This document shows, one piece after another, positions 14,691 to 30,309 of a stretch of 64,000 nt of DNA (the stretch's first letter is position 1; each line of letters starts with the position of its first letter). A program made the translations under genes and the position numbers. The notes beneath the pieces are model-generated. The model searched no databases and was not told where the DNA came from. It was given only the letters and a program-made list of their open reading frames with translations. The stretch lies in the NCBI RefSeq assembly GCF_009914755.1, contig NC_060926.1, one strand, 5' to 3'. Source of the DNA: the human T2T-CHM13v2.0 reference genome, Homo sapiens.

Positions 14691-16406
14691 AAATCCTTAC
14701 TCAAGCCTACACAGATCATCCTATAGCTGAAGATTCAGGCTTTAACTTTTGCAAGTTTTCTATTCTTCAGAAATCAAGGTTCCTGTTCTTGACACAGGGG
14801 GGACACTTTAACAAGCTAAGCCCACATTATAAACTGGAAGGTGGTGGGCTGAATTTTACTGGGGAGTGTGTTTAATTGCTAGGCACTGGGTTTTTTAAAA
14901 ATTCTGAATTCTGATGCCTTTAAATGACAAATGCACCGTCCAGCTCCTAGTAGCCCCATCCTGAGCACCTCCTCTCCCCATTACTACATTCAGGTCACCA
15001 GCTGTTCCCCAAGGACATCTGAGTCTGCCATCTCTGACAGGGACTTCATTTACCAGGGAATTCTCCAGTAGTAACAAAATGAGCCAGAGAGTTCTTGGAG
15101 GAGGAAGATATAGCAAGAAGAACAAAAAAGCAAACCCAACAAGCTCAGGGGTTGAAAGACCACCTTTGCCAACTTCTAATTGTCACTGGAACTTGTTTAC
15201 ATCAAAATGGAACACAATTGACTTAAGTGAACTTTGGGGACATAAAAATTATTGTTCTGAACCATGTATCAGGCTACAGGTAGAAAATGTCCTAAAACAC
15301 AGCTGTGTGAGTGATAGTGAGACTGAGTTCTAGAACTTTGAGTGCAAGTAATTCAATGAAATGAAAAATGTTAACAGTAATTAAACTTTCCCAAGTAAAT
15401 TCCATTTTTATCATGGAATGCAAGCTCTTAGGAGTATAAGGGATGAGTGAATGAGATCGCAGGGAAAATACTTGCAGTTTTTTAGTGATTTGAAATTCTC
15501 CGAAGAAAGAATGACTCACTCACGTTTGATTTTGGTTTTCAAACCAAAAAGACTAAGACAATTCTTGACATTTACGTCATTTGACCTCCGTGTTTGTAAA
15601 ACCACCACATCATAAGGTTTTGTTAATTTTGCAATTGTTATACTCCCTTGAATAGAAAACAATATGGGGAAAAAACTGTGGACAGTGTCTTTATTATCAT
15701 CCTTGTTACTAAAGTATAACTTATAAAAGGTCCTCATTCTAATTTGTAAGGACATGTAATTTTCCCTGCAAGGAGCCCACCAGTAAACACAGAGAGCTTC
15801 CTCCCTTGAAACTGATAAGGAATAATAGAAAATCCTGCCTGATATACCTCATTCACACCCTTAAAGATGGGCCATAGTGAGGTTCATGGAAATGTTAGGG
15901 CCTGGTCACAAGTCATTTGGGAAACCAAGTAAATAGCTGTCATATGTGAAAACCCACGCCCCATATCACAGAACCATGGGCTGCTAGAGCCGAGGGGACC
16001 AACCAGCCCCCTCTAGGACAAATTCTCACATCCCAGGTGAGGGCTCTGAACCCGAAAAAGATCAAGGAGGTAAGCTCCAGTCTCCTCCCCTCAGCCTGGA
16101 GCTCTTAGGGTGCCATTGTACCTTAAAAGGTCCAAGAGCTGCAACCCTCTTATTTGTTGCTGCTGCTCAAAGTGCTTATTTCTGACCCTACCTGAAATTC
16201 ACAAGGGAATTTGAACTATGTGAGATTACTCATTTCCTAACAGGCTTAAATGCTAGTGTGTGGGGAGAAAGTCTAGGGTTGGGGAAGAGGCTCCCCACTA
16301 ATTCTGTCCCCCTCTTCTCTTGGGTATGGGAGATCCCCCTACAGAGTCCCTGCATGCTGGCCTGACCACCAGCTCAGCTCCCAAATCCTGTCCAGGCTGG
16401 AATCTA

Positions 16407-16708
<302 letters not shown>

Positions 16709-18298
16709 TGAATTTTAGTTTCTTAATTTATGTGTATTAACTGCCTGTTGTGTGCTATCTACTGTGATAATCTCAAAGTACAAAAAATGACCCCCAGTTT
16801 ACAAAGGGGAGAAGTGAAGGTAGGCAAACTATATTTCAAGGGTGTCCACAGTGGGTCAGGAATCAGGATCAACGTTTTACTTGTGTTCTCATGACCACCT
16901 TCAAGAAGTGTATGCTTGCAATCTAATCAATAAAGTCGGGCACATTCACTCTCAAATCCAGCCAGAGCTACAGAGCAGGGCAGGACAAGTACAGCAAAAG
17001 AGAAGCAGGTAAGCAGCTTGCTAGGGGGCTCTGGCAGGGAGACATCGACACTGACTGTGATGAGCAGAAAGGCCTTGTGGTTTGGCATCTCCACTGAGCT
17101 CCTTTGAGAAGAACAGGAAAGACAGAGGCAGAGTGCAAGTTGGAAGGCACTCAGAAAAGGGCAGAGAAGTGGAAATATTCAGATTATCTTCAAGAGTGAA
17201 TGAGTGGCCCAACTGCTGCAGCTGGAAAGGGTCAAAGGGGCAGTAATGGGGATTACAGATGAAAACTCATGCTGGGGCTAGACTGTGAGCCTCCAGCAGT
17301 ACAGTGATGGGGCTGGACTTCATTCTGTAGACATCAAAGGAGGCCCCCCTTGATTCTCCACCTTAGATTGTTCCATCTCCACCTCTAACTCTAGCTCTCC
17401 TCTCCAGTTAAATTGCGAACCATGGCCGTTCCTCAGCACAGAACCAGCCTTGCCTGTCAACGATTGCTTTAGACATAGCAGTTTTGATGTGGGGTTTGAT
17501 GAAACTACTACCTACTACTACCTACTGCTACTACGGGCATTAACCTGTAAGAGAGGAACACTTTCCTTCTTAGGAATAGCCCGCTATGCCACTTGAAGGC
17601 TGTGCAGCCTCAGGCAGATCCCTCAAGCCTTAGGAATTTGGTGTGTTCCTATTCTGATAGTCCCCCGTGAGCTGTCACTGCAGCTCAGAAGGTTGGCCGG
17701 CTGCTGAGGACTTGACAGTGCTACTTTCCCAAACCACCTTCTGTTACGCACAAGTCACACTCCCAAATCCTCGCTGGAAGATGTCACAACGACTTGCAGC
17801 CTTCCCATGGAAAACCCATTCATCTCAGGAAGACCACAGGCTCCCTGTTGTGGCACACACAGCTCTCCTTGACCACGCAGACACAAAGACACACACAGCA
17901 GAGTGCCGCTCAGGACTGGGAGCCTTCCCTATCCAGAGACTGCTTAGAGGGTGGAAAGTACACCATCTACACATGCAATGCCTTGCGCTTGTTTAACAGC
18001 CCAAGGACATAGAAGAGAAGGACCAATGGGGGTACGTGCAAGGAAACCCAGGCTTGGTCAGAGTCAAGTGGCAACCCAAGTTTACAAAGTGATGCTACAA
18101 CCCAGCAGTTGGTACCTTCGTGTAATGATCTTTCCACGATCATGGAGCAAATGCTGGGTTTGAAGCCAGACACGTGGGTGTGATTCCTGGCTCTCCTGCA
18201 TCCTAGCAAGTTATTTAGAACTGTTGGGAATTTAGTTTCCTTGCTCTGAAGGGTGGAAATAATAATACTTGCATCACAGAGCAGAGGTGAGATTAGAA

Positions 18299-18440
18299 CA
18301 GGGCTTCTCAATCTTGGCACAGTTGGCATTTGGGATGGATAATTCTTTGGTGTGGGGACTGTCCTGTGCATTGTAAGATGTTGAACAGCACTTCTGGTCT
18401 CTACTTGCTGGAAACCAGTAGCATCCCCTTTTCTGCTAAA
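18299..18440. mobile_element. MER20-like hAT-Charlie fragment
   Basis: cagggcttctcaatcttggcac...ggataattctttg...gactgtcctgtgcattgtaagatgtt. Confidence 0.8.
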
Positions 18441-18772
18441 ACAACTCTCAGCCTCATTCACATTGGGAGACCCACTGAGGTGCCTTTATCAAAGCAACTG
18501 GTCCTCTTTGTTTTGGGGTCGGCTCATCTCTTTCTTGCCACAGGGCTGATCAAATCTATTTATCTTGGTCCTGAAGCTCAAAGTCATAAAATTTAGAGGC
18601 ACTGAGGTTTTTTTTCCTTTTTGCATTTGTACAATCTTGGTATATTTACATTAATAACCTCACAGAAAAGCCAGGCTTTTTTTCTATATAATGTGCACAT
18701 TTACACAAAAAAGCTAAGGACTTTGTTTTCTTGAAGCTTCACTTTTAAAATTATATTATGAAAGTGGCTCAA

Positions 18773-19497
<725 letters not shown>

Positions 19498-19723
19498 TCA
19501 GTGGATTTGTCATAACTTATGCTCAATAAGGTAGCTGCTCCCAGTAAAATAGGCCAACAAAGGAACCCATTGCACACCTGCTGTGTAAAGATGAAGCAAT
19601 ACCATGAGAGAAATATGTTGTCCCTTCTCTTGTGGGTAGTGTTTTGTGTCCTTGTAGACTCCTCTTTACTGTACTGTGCTTTTTGAATGTCATGCACAGC
19701 CCCCTACAATTGACTTGAACACT

Positions 19724-20075
19724 GTTACAGACTGAATGTTTGTGGCCCCCAAAATTTATATGCTGAAATTCTAACCCCCAAGGTGATAGTAGGAGGAGAT
19801 GGGGTATTTGGGAGGTAATTAATCAGAGCGGAGTAGTCATGAATTGGATGAATGCCCATATAAATGGGACCCCAGAGGACTCCTTCTCTCCACCATATGA
19901 GGATACAGTGAGAAGACACCATCTGCACACCAGGAAGCAGGCCTTCAGCAAGACACTGGATCTGCCGGCACCTTGTTCTTGGGGTTCCCACCCTCCTGGA
20001 CTGTGAGAAATAAATTTCTCGTAAGCCACCCAGTCTATGGTATTCTGTTACAGCAGCGAGAATGGATGAGGACAC
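19724..20075 (+). mobile_element. MLT1A-type solo LTR
   Basis: tgttacagactgaatgtttgtggccccc...gaaattctaacccccaagg...aataaatttct...gttacagcagc. Confidence 0.85.
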
Positions 20076-20934
20076 ATTTCAAAAGAATCATTGATCTGAC
20101 TCAAAAATTGTCCCAAACTTCTATACCACACTCCTTTCTTGTGAGATTGTGGGAGTAATTGTAATTAGAGAATTGTTTGATCTAATACTTTATCACAAAT
20201 GAATTAGTGGGCTGCTGTCAGAACATGGGGGAGACATTAACAAATGTTCAAGAGACCTGACAGACAGTAACCAAAGAGGTTCTTGGCTTTGCAGAACAGA
20301 GAATCTAGCGTGGTCATCAACGCAAACGTTCTGGGTGGACTTGAGCAAGACACTAACTTTCTTGGGCTTCAGTCTCCTGCACTGCAAACATGGTATCCTA
20401 AGAAGGTTCTTACGAGAAGTCAATGAGCAGAAGCATTTTGAACTCATAGAACAGTGCCTGGCACATAACAAGCATACAAAAAATATAGCTATCACTTCAT
20501 TAGAACACTGTGCCACTTGTTTCAATAGCGACAATCCAAGAAAGAGTCCTGTGGTCAACTGTCTGGAAAGACCAAACAAACTTGGATTTTTTTCTACCAA
20601 CTTCAGTACCTCTCAGAGCCTTTAAAATGCCATATTTCAGGATGGTGACCCAGTAGTTACCATTTCACACCAGGACCCTTCCTCCACAGGACAATTCACA
20701 AGACTAGTGTCATATAAAACAATGGGTGAATCGCAGCTTCCTAGACTATCTTCTAAGCCTGGACTGTCTAATATAGTTGAGATTGCTATTAGAATGTGAA
20801 AAACTTCGGCTGTGAAATACATAAACATTATCGAGGACTAAAATTTGCCAAGAATCTGGGATTACTTTATATTAAATATTCACAAGTTCTCAAAATTCAG
20901 GAATGCTGCCCATGTTGGTCTTTACATCACTTAC

Positions 20935-21012
20935 CCGAGACCCCTTTTCAGGAACACAGTGGCAAACAGAGCAATCTCTTCCTCCACAAGGACCAATGTA
21001 TTTCTTTCCACT
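20935..21012 (-). CDS. COL4A4: Collagen alpha-4(IV) exon 4 (78 nt; [26 protein letters not shown], Cys-rich start of 7S domain)
   Basis: ttccag|AGT GGA AAG...TCT CGG|gtaagt; C-G-G-x-x-C-x-x-C-x-C-x-P-E-K-G motif typical of collagen IV N-termini. Confidence 0.97.
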
Positions 21013-21648
21013 CTGGAAAGTGAAGCATCTTATTTAGTATACCAGTACTCATCGTTTAACTACGTGCATAACACATACATTATAACAAGCACTCTTGGTT
21101 TACCTTTGACTCCATGAGAAGAAAAGACTAATCATGACATATAAAAAGATGAAGAACTTACACAGTAGCTTAATAATAAGGAGGGTTGATTATATGAGCA
21201 AGAAGCTTCCAAACTGAGGATGCTGAAGGAAAATAAGTATCCTTCTAAAGTCGTTTGGCTTTAACTGGAATCTTCTGCAGTTTCTCCCTTTCGGTAAGAC
21301 TTAATTTATTAAGTTGTGAACAGTCTTAGAGTGTAAACTATGTGGTTAGGCAATCCATGCATAGACAGTGGAGTCTAGTTTAAATGAAAAGCTTGTTTTT
21401 TTTTCAGGGCCTGTTTTGCTTTATCTTCAAGATCAGCTACAGTGTATCTCCTCCCTCATCAAACTGTCCTTCCTAGGACAATTCTTCTGTCCCATCCTTG
21501 GGCTTAAAATTAAAATTGTTGTTCCTACAATTTGCTGAGACTCCAAGATGGTTTCTCTAATGTGTTTCTCAAACAGAAACTCCTGAACTTGAATAATTTG
21601 GACCTTTTCCCCACTTTTAGCAAACTTTCCAACACTGTCTTTAGAGCA

Positions 21649-21690
<42 letters not shown>
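21649..21690. repeat. (CA)n microsatellite, about 20 units
   Basis: Pure acacac run. Confidence 0.97.
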
Positions 21691-21695
<5 letters not shown>

Positions 21696-23218
21696 AGGAA
21701 GAATCAGCTCCTTGTTCTCATGAATCCTAATCACCTATATCCAGAGTCATCATCCACTTCCATATAAAAGCATAGTCCCAGAGTACTATTTCCATAGGCA
21801 GATCCCTTAACAGCAATCACCATGATGCACCTGCAATGAACATGAGCACTGAGCGTGCATTCCCAGGCTGGGCCTGCCAGTGGGGAGGGAGTGGTGGTTT
21901 AGGCCCCTGTGTAGTGGACAAATCACCTCTAGGTGCTAGGACCCAAGGGCATGGATAGGAATATCAAGAAAGCATCAGAGAAAAGGTTTGCCTGGCTCAT
22001 GATCTGGCCTAGCTGTCATTGCAACATTTATACATTGGCCATACAATTTTATGATTGATCAACCTTTTTAAACTTAAGGCTGTAAACTCAAGCCTTTAGA
22101 CCACTGTATGATGGGAAAACATAAAACAATAAAACTAATATTTATAGTCCCATGGAAGACATATATACATATGTATGTGTGAATGCATTGAATATATATG
22201 TGTATATGTGAATATTCATGTACGTATACATATATATGAACAGGTATATGTGTATGGGAGGGAAAAGAGTCTAATCAGCATATATTATTTTTCTTTTCAC
22301 TCGCACAGTTTAGGCTTATTTTTTGGAGAAAAATATGCTCAGACACAATCCAAAAGAAAATATCTTTAAGCATTAATTTTAAAAAGACATCTTTGTAAAC
22401 AATATTCTCATGGATCATTAAAAGCATACAAGAATTTGAAGCTTGACGAGAGTCAAGCGATTAGATAGTTTAAGTTTAAAAATGTATTTGAAGTTTCAGA
22501 AATATATGCCTCTTGAGTTTTGAGTAATGTTGTTATCTATAAATGCAGAAATATTAAGTTAAACACCCTGATAAGGTTAAAAAAAAAATTAAATGCCCGG
22601 GCCCAGGTCAGGACAGCATGAAAGCACTTAAAGTAACTAGATTGAATACTTGGGTTCATTTAAGGTTGGGCTTCATTACTATGTGTTCGCTGAAATATCA
22701 AAACAACTAGAGGAAAAAAAATAAGGTCAGCTGATTAGATGGCTTGATAATAAGGGCAAGTTTGTTATTATTATTTCTTTGCTTATTTTTGCCAAACATC
22801 ACTGAGATGTTTGCAGCAAAACTATGTTTCAGGAAAGAATCACTTTAAAATAGATTAGTAGATTCAAAAAAAAAAAAAAAACAGGAATAGTCACATATCA
22901 AGGTTTGACTTGGATCAGTAAAAGGAAAAAGCAAGAGGTGATTTTAGCCTCTGCAAAGTTATTCTACGTAAACATTCCCCAATAAATATTTAAAAGAGGA
23001 GGGTGAAATTATAGAGGTCTGCACCTCAAAAATAGATTGTATAAATTCATTTTAAAAGATAAACACAATATTTCAGACAATTAAACATTCAAAGTACGAA
23101 CGACATTCACTGGGAATACATTCACGCTCTCGGAAACTAATGTTACTCTTCTTCAAAGAGAAAAAAGGAAAAGTCACTATCTGCCTTATCTCAGATATTG
23201 TTAAACATATATTTGTCA

Positions 23219-23536
<318 letters not shown>

Positions 23537-25278
23537 GTTCAAACAAAGAAGTTATTAATGTCTTATACTTGTAATTCCATCTTCTTTTTTGAAAAACAAA
23601 TAATATAGACACATAATTTTAAAAATTCAAATGGTGCCAAAGAGTGTAACAGGAAAACAAATGTCCTCTTTCAACACTGGCCCCAAGTTCCCTCCTATAC
23701 AGGATAATTTTTTTCAAATAGGTGTTTGGGCATTAATAAGCATATTCATACAATGACCTCATTCACACACACACACACACACGCACACACAGAGGCAGAT
23801 GAGCACATGGGCACACAGGCACAGATGTGTACAAACACACTTTTGGTGATTTGGACTTGTTTTATTTTTATCCAAATGGTGGATTGCTCTATATTTTGCT
23901 GTTTTCACATAATTGAAAGTCTTCAAAATCATTCCAAAGTAATACATATGCCTATCCATCAGACCACATACCATACTTTGTTTAACCAGTTGTTGTTGAA
24001 GGAAATTTAGGGAGCTCCCTTCTGTCTATACTGAACACTACCCTGAAATTAGTACTCTTGGGCATATTTATCTGTATGCATGAATCAGAATAAACACGTA
24101 TGACAAATTCCAAAAAGACACATTCCTGTGTCAATAGGTACGTGCATTCAAAATCCGGATGGGTAATACCAAATCGCTTCCCACAGACATCGCATCGATT
24201 TGTATTGCTACCTTTAAAACCCAATGATAATATGGCCACTCCCTGTGTGAAATCTCTAGACTCTCTGCACACCACAAGCTGGTAGAAGTCCTGGGATAGA
24301 AAAATCTTTGATTCAGAAATTATGTTTACTTGTATGCAATATTTTAAAAAAAGTAAAATCTAGGACTCTGCAGACTTTTATAACAGGAAAAAGAATATAA
24401 CACAAAAATAAACTTTTAAAAATCAGGTAAGAGAAATAGAAAAAATACACATGTATATATCATAGTATTGTTTCCACTCATTATTTCAGGTGATACTCTC
24501 AAATGCATGTCAACAAAGTCGGGCAAGTCTTATCATCCCTACTCAATACAGGAGATAACTGAGTCTTATATAAGTTAAGAAATGAATCTTTGGCAGAGCC
24601 AAGAACCACTGGCTCCTCATTCTTTGACCCAGGTGTTTTCTGCTCCCAACTTGTAGGAAAAGGAGAACAGAAGGTAATTTTGCACTTTGATTTGCTTTGA
24701 AAAAACCTACAATAACTTGATTCACTGAAATTGCATTGGGTGAATCCAAGGTGGAGAGTATGAACAGATAGGGATATGTTCACTAGAGTGATTTAAACCA
24801 AGTCAGTTGTCTCAAGATCAACCTGAGTTGCAGGCAGGCCACAATGGGATTTCCCAGACACGTCTGAGGGTGAGTTTAATGACTGGGATTCTTCAGTGAG
24901 GAAGCAGAAGAAAGATAGCTTATTACAGAATGTTCTGGGCTTATTTTTCTTCTGAGCTAAAATGTTCAAATTATTCTTGTATTTCTTGATTTAATCTTGA
25001 AATGGCCCAGCTGCCTCTTGCCTGTCTCCAAAAAAAAACTTTTAAAGAAAGGGTTATGTTTGTATTAAAATAAAGAAATCCCCAATACCTAGGCAATTCA
25101 GAAAGCAGTCTTGACTATACAATATAAAAGAAATCTTAGAGTTTATTTAGTCCTATTCTCCATTTTACAGGTAAGAAAATTGAGTCCCAGAGGGTGATTT
25201 CTTTGAAAGTATAACAAAAATTATGCATTCTATAAAGTGAATTTTCACAACGCAACCAGAGCTAGTGAATGTACTTAC

Positions 25279-25321
25279 CCCATATACATATTGTACAGAA
25301 AAGAGAATGAGTATAAGTGAC
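25279..25321 (-). CDS. COL4A4: Collagen alpha-4(IV) exon 3 (43 nt; (W)SLILILFSVQYVYG, hydrophobic core of the signal peptide)
   Basis: tgtag|G TCA CTT ATA...TAT GGG|gtaagt; completes the split TGG codon from exon 2. Confidence 0.97.
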
Positions 25322-25928
25322 CTACAGAAAAACAAAAACGCAGATTAATTTAAACAGTTTCTTTTCATGTGAAACAAAAAGAAAAAGAGTAAAGGAATTA
25401 ATTCCAGAAAGCTACTTTTTATTTCTATGAGGCTGCTCCTACTAGCCGACTTGTCATCAGTGACAAGATCCATGCTTTCCTCTCTCTGGCTGCCATCATT
25501 GCCTTTCCTCTTTTTAATCAGCCAAGAAGTGTGTGTTGAACCCCTTGTGTGGTCCTCATTGTGCTGGGGACCGTGAGGACCCTCTGAAAGTGAGACCTGG
25601 AGGGACAGATGAGTGAAAGAAGATGATTCTCAGAATGAAAACTGCAGGAGAGAAGGAAGGAGGCAGCTTTGTTCAGACATGCACATTGCTGAGACCAGTG
25701 TATCCCATAATGCCATTTAGTGGAAGCAACTAGAAGGAGGGAAGGTGGAAGGAAACCTAACTGGACTGGGAGGATGGTTTGGAGAAAAAAGGAAATAATA
25801 TGGAATATTTAGGGAAAAGTTATGTAGTCCAGGGCCTTATAAGTGAGGCAGAAATCCAACTGGGGTAACTTCATTATTACAAACAAATTTTAACAGAGGA
25901 CATATGCAATTTTAAAAGACCACTAAAA

Positions 25929-26232
<304 letters not shown>

Positions 26233-27274
26233 TTAAACATCTGCATATATTTTCTAGACCTTATATTTGTCAAACAGCTTCTGGATCCATCATCTTATTT
26301 AACACTTAAAACAGCTGTGGTTAGAACTTCGGGTCACACCATTCCAAAGGATGGTAGGAGAACTGGGGCTCAGTTCTGGGCTGTGATTTATCTGCCATCC
26401 TTGTTCTTTTGTTCTCTGTAGAGCCTTCTCCTCTCTAAAACCTCATGTCCTAAGTGAGCCTTTGTTCTCCACCCTCTACTTCTTCCTCTTTTGCTGAGAT
26501 GCCGACAGACACTACAGATGTTTACAGGGCTGTGGATCTGGGAGACGAGTAACTGGGTCCAGCCCATACTTAATGGCTCCCACACTAAATTCCCTCTCTC
26601 CTCAGCTGTTTTCATGATAATTCCAACACAAGCCAGGTTGGCTTTTCATTGTAGTAACCAAATAAATAAAGAGAAAAATATAAAGGAGGTGTTAAACACC
26701 GGGAATCAACTGCTTTAAATCAGGTTGAATGTGTATTTACAACTCTTGCTTGTTAAATGAGTTATTATCACTGGACATTTTTAAATAGGATATGTTGCAT
26801 TTTATAGCAATTGTCGCTTTTCTCTATATAATCTCATCAAGGATTGTAGGCACAGCATGTTTCTTAAACCTTTTATAGAAGAGCAAACAGACTTAGAAAA
26901 GTTGGACAATATGCTCCAAAGAGTGCAGACAGAATGGCCCCGAGGGGGCCAGCTCGGGTCAGGTCCGAAGCTCCTTCATAGTCCCTTTATACTGCACTGG
27001 ACTTGTTCTTTCTGCCACTGTAGATATTAAAAAGTAAGATCATTCCTTTTTTTTTTTCTTTAAAAAAAAATCCACAATTAAGATTCCTTTCCATTTCTTC
27101 CACGTCCACCCCAAATCAGTTAAGACTGGACCATATTCCTTCCCACCACCTTCACTTCTTTCACTCCCCGTAATTTCTTGTTCATTATCCTCAGAACTTT
27201 TTGTATTTTTTCACTATTTAACATTTCCCTGTGTTAACTCCCAATGTCATTTTGAGTCTCGTTGAACAATCTCA

Positions 27275-27830
27275 TATTGGTTTCCTGTTTTCCTATTGCT
27301 GCTGTCACATGTTACCACACACTCAGAGGCTTAAAACAATGCATATATATTATCTTATGGTTCTGGAGGTCAGAAGTCTGAAATGGGTCTGACTGCCAAG
27401 AACCAAGGTGTTGGCAGAGCTGTATTCCTTCTGGAGGTCCCCGGGGAGAATCTGATTCCTTGCCTTCTCCAGATTCTAGAGGCTGCCCACATTCCTTGGC
27501 TCCTGGTCCCCCTCAACCTTCAGAGCCAGCAGTGGCCAGTTGCGTCTCTCTTGCTGCATCCCGCTGGCCTCTGTTTTTGTAGTCAAAGCTCCTTCTCCGA
27601 CTGCTCTCCTGCTTCTCTCCTTCACTTCCAAGGATGCTTGTCATTATATTGGGCCCATCCAGATAGTCAAGCTCAGGTCAACTCCTCTATCTCAATGTCA
27701 GCTGATTAGGAACCATAATTCTATCCGTAGCTTTAATTACCCCTTGCCATCTTGCCATGTGACATAACATATTCACAGATTCCAGAGATTAAGACGTGGA
27801 CATCTGTGGAGGGCTGGGGGTGTTATTAAT
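27275..27830 (-). mobile_element. MLT1 solo LTR
   Basis: cctattgctgctgt...ggcttaaaacaa...ttctggaggtcagaagtctgaaat...acatattcacagattccagagattaagacgtggacatct. Confidence 0.85.
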
Positions 27831-28174
27831 CTGTACTTGTGAAGTAGTCTGTCCTAACTCTTCTAGTTATAGGGACCCTGAAACTTTGGGCATATGTCTT
27901 TTGCTATTCAAACCTAGTGAGTAAGCGAGCAAGAATCTGGGGCCTTTCCTTGTGCAACTTCCCATTTGGTGATTTTGTGGATGCATTTCAGGGAAAATTG
28001 AGAGGGTTGGTGTTCAATAATAAAAATGAGTCATGAAATGGCAGACATACCCTTAGCTTTCTGGAATGATTTGGCTTTTTGACATATTAAGCATTCAGAC
28101 GGTTTACATCCATAGAACAAACATTGAGTAGAAATTACTAAATAAAAGCAGGCAATCACACTGAGGATACTCAC

Positions 28175-28245
28175 CAGGGACCTGTGGCCAAGGACTTGGT
28201 CAATCTGAAGGAGCACCTCATTAGTACTATGTGCAGAGACCACAT
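28175..28245 (-). CDS. COL4A4: Collagen alpha-4(IV) exon 2, coding part (71 nt; MWSLHIVLMRCSFRLTKSLATGP(W))
   Basis: ATG at 28245 with an in-frame TAA 15 nt upstream; donor TG|gtgagt; matches the known COL4A4 N-terminus. Confidence 0.97.
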
Positions 28246-28346
28246 CGCAGGCAAGTCTTAGTACTTAAAAAATATTCTGCCAGTCTTCTCTTCCAGAAGG
28301 TTCTTGTTGACAAGTGAGGTTCTGTGTTCTGGGTCAAAGTCTGTTC
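28246..28346 (-). other. COL4A4: COL4A4 exon 2, 5'UTR part (101 nt)
   Basis: Acceptor ...tctaacag|GAACAG at 28347/28346; no upstream ATG in this segment. Confidence 0.85.
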
Positions 28347-28829
28347 CTGTTAGATATAAATATATCACTTAAAACACAGCATGCATTATAATGTTGAAAA
28401 TAATTACTTTCATTTTTTATCGTTATGGAAATATTTTCTAAAGGGTAACTTCAACAATCTTTCCTTAGTGATGGTGAAACTGAATAAATATCAGTTTTTA
28501 TCTTCAGAAATAAAAAATCTTCAAACCCTTTCTATATCATGAATATATTTTTGATAAATGGAAAAATTATGTGTATATATTATATTTTTAAAATATATAT
28601 TTTTAAATATAAAATATATTTTTATATATGTATAAATAATTGCTTCATTTTGCTATGTGGAATTTTCTTCTGTTTAATTTTTTCCCTTGAACATCCAAGT
28701 TAAAATTCACTCAAATGCTTCTTTTACTTTATGAAACTAGAAAAGGAAACTTCTAGTATACAAACATACATTTTTGTATATTTGTACACATACAGCAAAT
28801 ACATATAAAAGTATTTTTATGTAAAATGA

Positions 28830-29390
28830 TACAACCTCTGTGAAAAATATTTTGGCAGTTCCTCAAAAAGTTAAACATAGAGTTACTATATGATCTAGCA
28901 ATTCTACTCCTGGGTATATGCCCAAAATAATTGAAAACACATGTTCACACATAAACTTGCACATGAATATTCATGGAAGCATATTCATAACAGCCAGAAG
29001 GTGAACACAACCCGCATGTCCATCAGTGGGTGAATGAATAAGGAAAATATGGTATATCCATACAATGGAGTATTATTCAGCCATGAAAAGGAATGAAGTG
29101 CTGATATGTGCTACAGCATGAATGAATCTCGACAACATTGTGCCAAGTGAAAGAAGCCACATATTTTATGATTCTATGTATATAAAAAGTCCAGAATAGG
29201 AAATCCATACAGATAGATAGGCAATTGATTAATAGTTGTCAGGGTTTGGGAGAGGAAAGAATTGAGTTTCTTTCTGGGATGATGTAATTGCAGTGGTTAT
29301 GGCTGCACAACATTATGAATATACTAAAAACCTCTGAATAGTAAACTTTAAAAAAGTTAAAATGCTGAATTTTATTTCATCTTGTGAATT
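28830..29390 (+). mobile_element. Old L1M 3' fragment
   Basis: gcaattctactcctgggtatatg...atccatacaatggagtattattcagcc...gtgaaagaagcca. Confidence 0.85.
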
Positions 29391-29601
29391 ATATTTTTAT
29401 TGAGATAAAATTTAATTTTATCAATATAAAATAGAAAAAATATTTTAAAACTTGACTCGAAGAAGTCTTTACTTTGATAAAAGATATATTTGGCTCAAAT
29501 AATTGAAATGTATCATTTAAAAAACTTTGGCTTCTTTAAAAGACCTGTCTCTATGAGAATTAGGTAGAGAGAAGGAAACCGGGAATGTTCAATGTTACCA
29601 A

Positions 29602-29910
<309 letters not shown>

Positions 29911-30112
29911 ATTACCTATTTTTAAACTTCTAGGTAAAAGCTGAGCAAATTAATTCAATGCTGTATGTATGGAAGACTTGTTTCCCAAGTAAGTGGTAGA
30001 ACAACATTCTACAATAAAGTTTCAATATCAAGCAGAAACTGAATCACTTTGAACACCCAGATCTTTTCCTATCCCTAAATCCATAATTTTAAATTTGTTT
30101 TAGTTATAAACT

Positions 30113-30309
30113 CAGGGGTGCCTAAGGGAGAGAATTCAGTCATAGGTCCCTAGTTTCTGTTTCTGGTTGGGCCAGTAAAGCCCCTTCCTCATCTCTCTTT
30201 TCTGCTTATCACTAGAGAAAGAAACTAAAAATCATGGTTTCAGGCTGCTAAAAGCCTAAAACAAAACAAAATAGAACAACAACAAAATAAGGCAGGTTGG
30301 ACAAGCTTG
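30113..30309. mobile_element. MER107-like hAT-Charlie MITE
   Basis: caggggtg...ggttgggccagtaaagccccttcctcatc...ggttggacaagcttg termini. Confidence 0.75.
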
